A stretch of DNA of 62,820 nt, filler included, from Chrysochromulina tobinii (taxonomy: Eukaryota), in assembly GCA_001275005.1 (NCBI GenBank). It is 7 parts of 7 records of this genome, joined end to end, with 100 filler letters (N's around TTAATTAATTAA, not from the genome) between each part and the next. Parts side by side here need not be neighbours in the genome. Positions count along the whole stretch, not along the records: positions 1 to 23,697 come from JWZX01000127.1; 6 more parts are not named here. One strand, 5' to 3'. How positions within the stretch are numbered: position 1 is the stretch's first letter; each line of letters starts with the position of its first letter. The translations under genes were made by a program, and so were the position numbers. Positions 11,613 through 22,397 of this stretch are shown here, piece by piece. The notes beneath the pieces are model-generated. The model saw only the letters and a list, made by a program, of their open reading frames with translations, was not told the DNA's origin and did not search any database.

Positions 11613-14600
11613 GACGCGCACGCGCTGTTCGCGCGCTTGTCGGGGCGGTGGCACGAGGCGCCGTGATGGGCACCGAGGCTGCTCACCTCTTGCCGCTGTG
11701 AGAAGATGGTGTGGAAGGGTTGCCAGCGCCCATCGGGCGTCGTCTCGGCGGCCTCGAGCTTCAGGATGCCGTCCCCATGGGCCCTCACGTTGATCTGCCA
11801 CGAGAGCTGGGGTGGGCCGCGCAGGTTCGTACCGATGCTACCGGCAGCTACCGGCATGCTCGTCATGCTCGTCATGCGCAACCCGCCGGGCTCGGACTGA
11901 GCGGGCTGGAGCACATCGAGGGTGATGGAGCGCAGGGACGGTGGGAGCTGCGCGAGGGCGGTGCTCGCATTCGGTAGCTCGTACGCGGACAGCGCCGCGT
12001 GGAGGAGCAGCTCGGGCGGCACGAGCTTCTGCGGGGTTTCGTCAGCTCCTTGGGCGAGCTCCTCTGACGAACCTTGGGTCGCGGGTATGCAGCAGTGGTG
12101 GTCGATGCACCCGCTGTGCCCCTGGGCGCACTCGTGCAGCATCATGTCGAAGCCGTGGCGGCAGCATGCCCCTTCCGGCCCGCAAAAGTGGCATGGGCCC
12201 GCCTTCTCCTCACACGGCCACCAGCAGTGCACGTGCAGGTTCTGGACGGGCGCTGTGGCCGCCAACGTTTGTGAGTCGTCACTCGTCTGTGTGCGCGCGG
12301 GCGGAGGCTCGCGTGGCCCGATCGGCACAGGCGACGAGGACGGCGGGCTGCCTGACAGGCTGCCGTCCGCAGCGGAGCGGACCCTATCCTTGTGAGTGTC
12401 GTACACCTGGTCGAGGCGCTCGCGCAACGCAGCGACCGCCGCATGGGGCAGTGTGAACAGTGAGGGCACCGGGTTCGTCAAGCCCTCGTCGTAGGCGGGC
12501 GTGGGCACGCACAAGCCGCGCGAGTGGCGCGCACGGGGCCATGAGGGCGGCCACCAACTCGAGTCATCCATGGGGGAGGATGACGAACCCGACGCGCCGT
12601 GTCGGGCATCGGATGGGGACCTTTGTCGACGCCTTTCCTTGGCAGCGGCCTCTGCGGCGGTGGGCGCGTCGGCGGAGGCAGGGGGCGGTCCGAAGGCGGG
12701 CGGCGGTTCCCCCGGCCCACCTGCCTTATTGGGACCACAAGGGAGGCCCTCAGGGATAGCGACGCGCGTGAAGCCGAGCGCACTCAACGCACCCAGCGCC
12801 TGGAGCAGATCACAGGGAGGTGCTGACGGGTCGGGTAGCATCACCGCCCACGCGGACGCGATCGACGTGCGTGCTGGCACGGCGGCCGGTCCGTTCTCGG
12901 CGGCGGCGGCGCCCTCGGCGGCGGCGGCGCCCTCGGCCACGAAGGCGGTCGGCCTCTCGGGCACTGGCCAGAGCCGCTGCAGCTCTCTCTCGACGTCCAA
13001 GGCTGAGCCGCATTGCTGCACGAGCACCGCCTTGCGCGGGATCCCATCCGCCGCCTCCATTGACGAAACGGACGGGATCCCATCCGCGAGCGCCTCCACC
13101 AGCGCCTCCTCCTCCTCCTCCTCGGCCGATCGTTTCGAGGAGCGCTTGCTGGCCCTCTCCTTCTTACGTCCGCGCGAGCGCCCCGTGCCCGACACGGCGC
13201 TCCCGGCGCGTCCACTCAAGCCCCGCGTGCCGAGATCAACCGAGATATCAGCCGAGATATCAGCCGAGATTGGCCGTCGCGAGGGAACAGGGTTCGCGGA
13301 CAGCGTGAGCGGCGGACCGTTCGTGTGCGGTAGCGCAAGGCTCAAGAGGTGCGTCGCTCCGCGCCACCTGTGGGGAAGCAGAGTGGGCGTCGTCGTGAGC
13401 ACTCGCATGCTCGGAGGCTCAAGAGGTGCGTCGCACCGCGCCACCTGACGTGGCCGCCCGATCGGCGGCTCCACTCGAAGTCAAGTCAAGGCAAGGCAAG
13501 TCGAATCAAGTCACGCCAAGTCAAGTCACCTGACGTGGCCGCCCGATCGGCGGCTCCACTCGAACTGCAGCCCGCATGTCGCGTTTCGAACGGCGAGCGC
13601 GATCACAACCGACTCGGCCACCTGCTGGCCCGTCGGTTTGGTGCTCGCGCCGGCGCTCGGAGGGTCGCTCTCGGGCAAGGCGACTGTCCACACCTGTGGG
13701 GAAGGGACCCGGGACGCCGTGGTGAGCACTTGCATGCCTGCTGCCCGCATCCTCGCAAGGCGACTGTCCACACCTCCGCGGAGAGCATTCACATTCACAT
13801 TCACATTCACATTCACTGTCCACACCTCCGCGGAGAGCGCATCCAACTGCTCGGCGGCCGTGGCACGCACACGTACACCGCGCGGGCCTGCAGAGGCGGG
13901 AGATCAGGGCGGGAGATCAGTGTGGATGTGTGAGTGTGTCATGCCATCCGAGGTATCATTGCTCATCAGTGCTCAAGGCGGGAGATCAGGGCGGGAGATC
14001 AGTGTGGATGTCATCCGAGCTGCAGCAGTGCCCACCTGCAAAGGCGGAGATCGAGCCGGAGATCTGGGCGGGAGATCAGTGTGGATGTCATCCGAGGCAT
14101 CATCAGCAGTGCTCACCTGCAAAGGCGGAGATCGAGCCGAGCGTCGCATGGCTCGGCTCTGCCGCGAGCATGATCATCAACTCTTGGGCGGCCTTTGCAG
14201 CGATGGCCTGCTGACGCTGCGACTCCTGCTGCTGCTCCTGCTGCTGCTCCTGCTGCTCCTGCTGCTGCTCCTGCTGCTGCTGCTGCTGCTCCTGCGGCGG
14301 CGGCGGCGGTGGTTGGCACTGCTGCAGCTTCTGCTTCCGCGTCTGCTCCTGATGCCGCTGTCGGCGCGACGACGGCGGCGGAGGCTCGCGAGGATGCGAC
14401 TGTGAATGTGAAGACGGCAGCTGTAAGGCGTGGCACACGAGGTGGGCTCCGGGCGGCTCGAGGCCCGCCGCCGCCGCCTCGGCTGCCGCGGCACGCTCAC
14501 GACGGCGCTGCAGCAGGAGGCTCGTGGCGACCGTCGCGCGAGATTGTAGCTCGCTCCTCTCGAAGCAGTCCGAGTAGCTCAGCCCCGCAGATCTGATGAT

Positions 14601-17251
14601 CTGACGAAGCCGGCTGACCGGCAGCTCGACGATCGGCAAGCCATGAGGCTCATGTGAGGGCAGCCTCGCGCTGGCCGACGCACCGCCCGACACGGCGCTA
14701 TGGCCGCCCGACACGGCGCCAGCACCGCCCGACACGGCGCCCTGACGCGAGCGGACGGGCGGCGATGGCGAGAGCTGTTTGTGCCGGCGGCGATGGTACC
14801 GATCGGCTTCGGCGCCGTGTCGGGCGACGGCCTCGGCCTCACCAGGCGCACTGGCGATCTCGAAGGATCTCGGCATCGAGATCCAATCGAGATTCAACAG
14901 GCCTTGTAACAAGCGCGTGGCCGTTGGCGGAGGAGGCGGCGGAGGAGGCGGAGGCGGCGGCTCGGCGGCCGGTGGCACCAAGCGCTCGCGCGAGGCTCGC
15001 AACTCCTCCTGCGCCGCCGTCAACTCGACGGCGTCGTCGTCGTCGTCGTCGGCGGCGGCGGCATCATCGTCGTCGGCGGCGTCGTCGGTGGCGTCGTCGG
15101 CGGCGTCGGCGGCGTCGTTGGCGGCGGCGCCATCCACGGAGGTACCGAGATCGGCACCGTGATGGTCACCTACTTCCGCCGCCGGTGTGGAAAGCGCGGG
15201 CGCCGTGATGGGCGGCTGCTTCGGAAACGCCGTGCTGATCGGGATGATATGGCCCTCGGTGGAGAAGACGTAGCCGGATGCATGCGTGTTGGGGAAGGCG
15301 TCGTCATCAAAGAGCAGGTAGAGATACTTGAGTGTCTCCGCTAGGAAAAAGGAGGGGGTGTGATCTTCGAGCGTCATGTCGAGCACCGACTTGACCGCGG
15401 CGAAGCCCGAGGGCGTACGCGCGATCTGGTTGAGCGAGATCACCATCTCGCGCCCCATCTCGAGGTACCGGTCGCTACCGGTCGCCCGGTACAGCGCGTA
15501 GGTCGATTCGGCCAGTTCGGGGCGCAGGGGATAGTACGCCATTGAGGAGTGCACGGCGGCACGGGCCACGTCATATCGTTCAGGCAGCACGCGGAATCGA
15601 GACCAGAGGCTGTGCGATGGCCACGCACACCAGTCAATGGACATCAGAGGCCATCAGAGGCACTCCGTGGTCATCAGTGGCACGCTGTGGCACTCCGCGG
15701 CACTCCGCGGCCATCGCACCTGTGGAACGCTTCCTGTGTCTGCGCGGCCGCGGCCACGTCGCCAGCCAGCACTTGCAATGCGGGCCAAAACGCCTGCAAC
15801 GAGTCGAAGGAGGCCACCTCGGCTTTGCCCGCGTACATGTTGGCCTCGCCGTACCAGGGTCCTATTTGCAAGTGAGCGAGGGCTGCGCTGTACGACGCGT
15901 TCCAAATTTGGAATAACTCGGGCGTCCCGAAGACGAGGTAGCTCTTGAGCGCATACCTGCGTGGCAATCAGAGGCCATCAGAGGCCATCAGAGGTCATCA
16001 GAGGTCATAAGAGGTCATCAGCGCTCATCAGCGCTCATCAGAGATCATCAGAGATCATCAGATGGTCGCTCTTGAGCGCGTACTCGTAGAACGAGTCGAT
16101 GCCCGCGCCGATGCCCGCCATCGGGTTGCGCCAAGCCCCACTCACGACGTCGAGTGTGTTGCCGAGTAGGTTGCGTGGAGAGCGCTTGGACCAAAGCAGC
16201 CGCAGCGCGCAGAGCGCGGCGTCCTCGAAGCGAGAGTCGAGCGTCAGCCGCGAGAGTGTACCTGCATGGCGGCCAGTGGTGGTCAGTGGCAATCAGTGGC
16301 GATCTGTGGCGATCAGGCACCATGAATGGAAATCAGTGGCAATCAGTGGCGGCCAGTGGTGATCAGTGGCAAACAGTGGCGATCTGTGGCGATCAGGCAC
16401 CATGAATGGAAATCAGTGGCAATCAGTGGCGGCCAGTGGTGATCAGTGGCAAACAGTGGCGATCAGCGGCGATCAGGCACCATGAATGGCAATCAGTGGC
16501 AATCAGTAGCAATCAGTGGCGGCAAGTGGCAATCAGTGGCAATCAGTGGCAATCAGTGGCAATCAGTGGCAATCAGTGGCAATCAGTGGCAATCAGTGGC
16601 GAGGAGCGCACCGAACTCGAGGAGGAGCGTGCCGATGCCTGCCGTGCACTGCTCGCGCTTCGCATTGTGGTGTGGCACGCCGCCGCGCAGGTGCACAAAG
16701 GCGCGCGGCAGCTGCGAGCAGCCGGCGTCAAAGGCGGAGAGCAGACGCTCGCCGAGATCAGCCGCGAGGCGAAGCAGCTCGCCGCGGTAGCCGCGCATCG
16801 TCAGGTGCCTCGCGCCCTCAATGTGGCCGCTCGCGAGCAGGTGTGCAGAGAGCAGCCCGCCGAGGACACGGATGTTGGTCTCGAAGAGCGAGACCTCCAC
16901 ATCCAGGTCGAAGGACACATGCTCGCTCACCCACCGCACGCCACGCTCGAACTCGCTCACGTTCCCGGCGATCGCAAGCGTGTCGAGCGAATCGATGAGA
17001 GTGAGCGCCACCCCATGGTAGCCTTTTCGTGTCGGCGTGGCGGCGCCGAGCTCAACGAGCGAGTCGGTGTGCGTCTGGCTGAGCGGCCGAAGCTCGTCGT
17101 GCGGAAACGCGTACCGCATGTAGCCATCGTACGTGTGGTAGATCATCTCGCGCACTGTCTCGCGGAGAGCGTGCCTCTCCTCGAGCGGCATGCCACCGCA
17201 GCAGCAGCAGCTGGCGGCGACGACGGCGGCGCGCATACGTCGTGTACGCAT
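11510..17251 (-). CDS. EDEM-like GH47 alpha-1,2-mannosidase with a long C-terminal extension. Predicted exons 17251-16612, 16261-16084, 15956-15720, 15609-14117, 13887-13826, 13693-13530, 13367-11510
   Basis: GH47 motifs YMRYAFPHDELRPLS, LIDSLDTL, FETNIRVLGGLLSAH, GIGAGIDSFYEY, YPLRPELAESTY, SFFLAETLKYLYLLF, FSTEGH. Six GT-AG introns keep the frame; exon sum is 4632 nt, divisible by 3. Confidence 0.85.
16262..16611 (-). repeat. Intron filled with (CTGATTGCCA)n-type minisatellite
   Basis: Plus strand shows aatcagtggc arrays with a higher-order unit; GT at 16611, AG at 16262. Confidence 0.85.
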
Positions 17252-17558
17252 GTTGGGTTCCCGTGCCCCGAAGAAGCGAGCATCGTTGTTTCATGTTTGC
17301 GGCGCCACGTCGAAGTCGACGTCAGACTGCTCAACACAACGCACTGATCCGTACCTGTACACGTGCTCGTGACCACACAGAGAAAACTTCGGACATGCGC
17401 GAAAACACAGCGGGTACGCGCCAAATTTGTGACGCCCCCTCCGCACGGCAAACAACGCAAACAACTCAGATTCAACTCTCAACTGTACTCACGGGTCACG
17501 CCGCAAGAAAGCAGCAGATCTCCACACAAGCACACATGCGGGGCGCGGGCGTGCACTC

Positions 17559-18743
17559 TCACCTCTTGAGCGCAGCGAGCCGCCTGGCCAGCAGATCGTC
17601 TGCGTCCTCCTCGATCGGCGGCGGCACGTGTGACGGCGCCACGAATGGCGGCGCGATGAGCGGTGCGAGATGGTCACCTCCGAGCAAGCTCGTACCGAGG
17701 CTGCCGTTGCCGACCTTGTTCGGCTTGAGGGTGCTCGGGAGCGCCGGAGGAACGTAGGGCGGCGGCGCCGGAGACGCGCCCTCCATGCTCGGGGGAAGTC
17801 CTCCGAGAGAGTATGCATCGTACAGCCCGGGGCCGCGGTTGACATGCTGCTGGTTCGTCACCTGCTGCATCATCGTATCTGCATGGCCGTCGCCATCCGT
17901 GTCGATCGCAACGTGCTTGACGGTCTGCACGTTCGTCACCGTCGTCGTGAAGCCCACTGGGGGCAGTCCTTGGGAGGCCGCCGGCATTCGAGAGATGGCT
18001 GCTGGCACACCACTCCCGGCGGCGGTGGGCACGGTCGAGGCCCCGTACGGCACAGGCCGGCCGGCGTCATCGACGATCCCCCCCACCGGGGGCCCCAGAT
18101 CGATCTTACCCGGCGCGGGGCCCATGGGTTCACCAGGGAGGGGTAGCACAAGGCCGGTGGTCGCGGAGATGTGGGGCGGCGGCTGAGCGGAGAGTGTCGG
18201 AACGTACTCAACGCCGTACGTCTTGGCAATCTCCTGCAGGTACGCCACCACGACGGTTGTGTCGGGCACCTGTGAGCTCGTGAGGACCTTGTTGAAGCGG
18301 TATGCAAGGTACTTGTCCTTGTTAGAGACGACCTGCTCCGTGTACTCCTTGCCGTACTTGGCGGTGAACAAGTTGAAGAGCTCCTTGAGCTCCGGGATCT
18401 CGTTGCCTAGCAGGTAGCCCGCGTAGACGAGCGCGGTCACCGCCTCGGCTATCTCAGGCTTCATCTCCGGCTCGGTGACGAGCACGCTGAAGCGCGAGAT
18501 GAGGAGCTCGGTGTAGTTGTTAATGAGCTCGAGCGACTCGAGCTTGAAGTCGGCGCGGATGATCTGCTCCACCTTGATGCGCGCCTGGTGCTCCTTGGAC
18601 TCGCGAAGCAGGCCTGCGATGACGCGGCGCTCCGCCTTGGCGAGGTTGGTCTGCTTGTTGAGTTGCATCTTGATGCGCGAGATGAGCATCTTGAGCTGCA
18701 CCTTGCATTTGTCATGATTGAACTTGGGCTTCGAGGAAAACAT
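17559..18743 (-). CDS. IST1: IST1-like ESCRT-III-associated regulator of Vps4
   Basis: KCKVQLKMLISRIK, ARIKVEQIIRAD, EIPELKEL..LFTAKYGKEY, YLQEIAKTY; Pro-rich linker; C-terminal MIM1-like DDLLARRLAALKR. Confidence 0.9.
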   Translation of the reverse strand: MFSSKPKFNHDKCKVQLKMLISRIKMQLNKQTNLAKAERRVIAGLLRESKEHQARIKVEQIIRADFKLESLELINNYTELLISRFSVLVTEPEMKPEIAEAVTALVYAGYLLGNEIPELKELFNLFTAKYGKEYTEQVVSNKDKYLAYRFNKVLTSSQVPDTTVVVAYLQEIAKTYGVEYVPTLSAQPPPHISATTGLVLPLPGEPMGPAPGKIDLGPPVGGIVDDAGRPVPYGASTVPTAAGSGVPAAISRMPAASQGLPPVGFTTTVTNVQTVKHVAIDTDGDGHADTMMQQVTNQQHVNRGPGLYDAYSLGGLPPSMEGASPAPPPYVPPALPSTLKPNKVGNGSLGTSLLGGDHLAPLIAPPFVAPSHVPPPIEEDADDLLARRLAALKR

Positions 18744-19165
18744 GCCACTTCGCCGCTGTACTCCTGGACGGGCCCGAGTATCGGAGACGCCGATTGCTCG
18801 GTTGCCGGGAGTCGCCGCACGAGAGGAAGCGAACACGTCTGAAGCAAAGAGCTCTTGTTTTGCGAGCACGCGCCGATCACACTTTGTTCACACCCAAACG
18901 ATTTTTTATTAAAAAGATCGCGCACACGTTCACACCGGACTCATGGAGCATGGAGTTTGACACATGATTATAACTTGATTCCGCACCACCCTCGGTCAAT
19001 AACAACGTAGCAAAAATTACAAAATTTTCCCGGCGCCCAGCCCGCCTGCCCGCGCCTCTAACGATTCGTGTTGGTGCTCGTCACGTTGGAGGTTTAAAGC
19101 AGCCCACCCTCAAGGTGCAGCACTCAAGCGAGAGCAAGAGATAGCAGCGAGTCCGCACGTTCTGG

Positions 19166-20548
19166 CTATTTCTTGCAGTCGGCTGGTGTCGGCTCCACGT
19201 ACGGGTTCCGGCCGGCCGAGCCGAGAGCGGTGCGCAGGCCTTCATAGATGGTGAACTGGATACCCGTCATCGCCGAGATCATCACTAGACGTGGCGCGAG
19301 GCCTGAGTACGCTCCGCGCACGCCGAGGCTCATGAGGTACTTAGTCTGTTCGATCAATCCTGCTACAAGGACGAAGGCCAGCCATAGGAAAGTCAACAAC
19401 CATCGGGAAGCGGTGAGGGAGGTGATAAGAGGGGGAGGGGTACAGGGTCGCGAACCGAGAGGTACAGGGCTGGGTCGCGAACCTTCGGCGATGACGCAAG
19501 TGGCGACGTTGGTGGTGAGCGAGGCCGTCGGCGTGCCGCACAGCCGCGTGAGCAGCAGGTCCGCGGGGTGCGACACGACCGCCGCCGCGGCGCCCGCAAG
19601 GAGGCCGGCGAGGACGATGGCAGCGGGACGGAGGGACTCGGATTGGAGCTCGTAGGCGAGCTCGATACGACGCGCTGCGCCAGTGATGCCACGCACGAAG
19701 AGCTCGTACGCTACGAGCTTGGTCATCGTGTACGGCAGCTGGCGCATCGCGATCGGCGCGAGCCCCTTGTACAAGGAGGCGACGCCTTCCGTGCGCACAA
19801 CATGCCTGAGGGTAGCAAGCGCGCCCCGCGCCGCATTGGCGGAGTCTGTCTGCATGCGCAGCTTGAGAACCTCCCACGGCGCAAGAAGCACGGTCGCCAC
19901 CATCTCCGCCGACGCTGCCGACGCCAGCATCACCGGAAGCTGCCATTTCTTCTTCTGCTCCTCGCCGCCCGACGCGCGTAGCATAGAGTACGCTTGATGC
20001 TTGAGCACTTCGTACCCGCCGAACTTGGTTCCGCCTTGGAGGAAGTATCCGAACGCCGTGGGAGGCAGCCCGCTGAAAAAGGCGCTCAAGCGGAACAAGC
20101 CGCGGGCCGGAGAGTCCTTGAAGACTGCAATCGCCGCGCCGATCGCGCCTGCAGCCGCCGCGTTCGCGTCCGTCTGCATCCGTGTCTTTATGACGTCCAA
20201 TGGAATCACAACGGTGTGTGTGATGGAGCAGGCGGCGGCGCCGGCAAGGAATACGCCCTGATAGTATTTGTTGCGGCTGCACTCCTTCTCCAGGGTGGCT
20301 CGCACTCCTTCCTTCGGCGGGCACGCCGAACACGAAGATGCGGCCACCAGATCCGTTGTGGAAGCCCTCCTCCTCCGAGCATCACCGCCACAATGCAAGG
20401 TGACCTGCTGCGATCTCTGACTGCGCTCGGATGTAGGATCGCTCGTGATGCTGCTGCTGCTGCGGGAGAAGAGGCTCCGTGCGTCCCCGCTCGTTGCGAG
20501 GAGCACGACCGCGAGGATTCTTTGGGCCTTCGCGCGTGGCAGAGCCAT
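19166..20548 (-). CDS. Mitochondrial phosphate carrier (PiC/MIR1-like) with N-terminal extension; probable in-frame intron 19360-19482
   Basis: CSITHTVVIPLDVIKTRMQ, GYFLQGGTKFGGYE, APWEVLKLRMQT, LYKGLAPIAMRQLPYTMTK, VSHPAD. Confidence 0.88.
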   Translation of the reverse strand: MALPRAKAQRILAVVLLATSGDARSLFSRSSSSITSDPTSERSQRSQQVTLHCGGDARRRRASTTDLVAASSCSACPPKEGVRATLEKECSRNKYYQGVFLAGAAACSITHTVVIPLDVIKTRMQTDANAAAAGAIGAAIAVFKDSPARGLFRLSAFFSGLPPTAFGYFLQGGTKFGGYEVLKHQAYSMLRASGGEEQKKKWQLPVMLASAASAEMVATVLLAPWEVLKLRMQTDSANAARGALATLRHVVRTEGVASLYKGLAPIAMRQLPYTMTKLVAYELFVRGITGAARRIELAYELQSESLRPAAIVLAGLLAGAAAAVVSHPADLLLTRLCGTPTASLTTNVATCVIAEGSRPSPVPLGSRPCTPPPLITSLTASRWLLTFLWLAFVLVAGLIEQTKYLMSLGVRGAYSGLAPRLVMISAMTGIQFTIYEGLRTALGSAGRNPYVEPTPADCKK

Positions 20549-20832
20549 TATTAAACGATTCGCGAGATGCGCGAGGTCAAAACGCGAATCGGGTTTCACT
20601 TTCGCGAAAAGACATGAAAAAAGCGAGGAGAAATTGAGATCGCTCGTCGAGCGAAGAGGCGCCCTTGCAGAGAAGTGCACTGTTGCGTGATTTGACGATA
20701 CTTGTAGGACTTGACGAGACTTGACGAGACCTGACGAGACTTGACGAGACTTGCCCCACCTTCGGCCAACACGGCCCAGGCGCGTTGCCTCAACTCTCGC
20801 CATCTCTCTCGCCTCTCGTCTATTGTGGCTAA

Positions 20833-22044
20833 ATGTTCCGTATCGGTCGCACGGCGCTACCGAGGCCAGCCGAGCTTCGCGCACGATCGATCTTTGGCAG
20901 CGCCGCGGTCAGCAGTGCCGCCGCTTTCCTCACTTCGCTGCTCAAGCCTGTCGGCATGTGCTACGCGCTCACTGTGGCCATCGCGCTCGCCGCGCAGCGG
21001 AAGCTTCAATATTTTCCCACTGCCGAGAAGCCTGGTCCAGCATCGCTCGCGCACCCGATGTTCAGCAGCATCGAGGAGCACGAGGTACGCGCATCTGACG
21101 GCACCAGGTGCTACCTCTGGCACTGGCCGGCGCCTGCGCTCAACGACATCCCCATGCGGCCCTTTTACCTTCGGGAGCCACAGGCCAGCGCCGCGGCGAG
21201 CACGATGGCAGAGCTACGGCGTGAGCACCCGCAGTTCCAAGGGATCGATGTCGTCCAGTTCCACGGCAACGCTGGCAGCCGCATGCATCGGCTCGCCTTC
21301 ATGCATCTGCTCCGTGACGGCCTAGGATGCTCCGTGACTGTGTTGGACTATCGCGGCTTCGGCGGCTCTGAGGGGTCGCCCACCGAGCACGGCCTCATCG
21401 CCGATGGGCGCGCTGCGTATGACTGGGTGCGCGCGCGCCAGGCTGCAGACCAGCGGCTCTCATCGACGATCCCAATGGCCAACATCGTAGATGACAGCAG
21501 TCCCGTTGACGAAACTGGACGTTACTCCGGCCGGCGCCACGTGGTCCTCTGGGGCGAGTCCATTGGCAGCGGCGTGGCCGTCGCCCTCCTAGACGAGGAG
21601 ATTGCCAAGCAGCCGGCGCCGGCGCGCGCGCCGTCCGACACGAGCCTTGTCCTCGAGGCTGGGTTCTCGAGCTGCGTCGATCTCGGGGCACATGCGTACC
21701 CTTGGCTACCGGTGCGGCTTGGCATGCTCGACCGTTTCGAATCTGAAGGACGAGCTCGCCGGATGGCCGCGGCGCTGGGCAACGACGATGCGGCGAGCTT
21801 CGCGTCGCTCGCGCTGCACGGAGATCGCGACGAGATCGCGCCGCTGGAGTTTGGGCAGCGACTGCACGACGCGCTGCCTGGCGGCAAGCGGAAGCGCATA
21901 GTCGTTCTACCCCAGACGGGGCACAATGACATCGCCTTCGTGGACACGGCGCGCTATCTACGCGAGATCGCCGAATTTTTTGCCGCGGAGGTGGTGGCGC
22001 GCAAGGAGCGGAGCGCCGATCGTGGGAGCACAAGCCAGCCGTAA
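20833..22044 (+). CDS. Alpha/beta hydrolase, ABHD13/BEM46-like
   Basis: FHGNAGS, DYRGFGGSEGSPTEHGL, nucleophile elbow GESIG, LHGDRDEI, GHND. Confidence 0.9.
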   Translation: MFRIGRTALPRPAELRARSIFGSAAVSSAAAFLTSLLKPVGMCYALTVAIALAAQRKLQYFPTAEKPGPASLAHPMFSSIEEHEVRASDGTRCYLWHWPAPALNDIPMRPFYLREPQASAAASTMAELRREHPQFQGIDVVQFHGNAGSRMHRLAFMHLLRDGLGCSVTVLDYRGFGGSEGSPTEHGLIADGRAAYDWVRARQAADQRLSSTIPMANIVDDSSPVDETGRYSGRRHVVLWGESIGSGVAVALLDEEIAKQPAPARAPSDTSLVLEAGFSSCVDLGAHAYPWLPVRLGMLDRFESEGRARRMAAALGNDDAASFASLALHGDRDEIAPLEFGQRLHDALPGGKRKRIVVLPQTGHNDIAFVDTARYLREIAEFFAAEVVARKERSADRGSTSQP

Positions 22045-22397
22045 TTTGAGGACCCGGAGGCGGAGCGCGACCGTCGAACCCTCGAAATGCTTTGGCAACG
22101 CATCGCCGAAAGTATGGACGCCCGAACCGTAGAGAACCGTAATACCTTTTGGCCTTTAATGCTATCTTGTAGCGGCGCGGTATACGCGCGCGGTCTTACC
22201 TTCTTAAGGTCAACTGCACTATCTCGAGTGAATCTCGAGTGTAACTGCATATCTAACGCCCATGCCAACCAAATGCAAATATATGCGCGTATGTATCGCG
22301 GCCCTAACGCAGACACCGCCGCCGCTAAGCGCGGCCGCGCGCGAACGCGGCTGTGCGCAGGCTCATGTGCGCAGGCTCATGTGCGCAGGCTCATGAG

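Noticed and set aside
16262..16611. Regular repeats resembling a CRISPR array
   Set aside because: No unique spacers and no cas genes; it is an intronic minisatellite in a eukaryotic gene.
16406..17347. 313-aa plus-strand ORF with ISGNQWQSVA repeats
   Set aside because: Translation of the satellite plus the antisense of EDEM exon 1.
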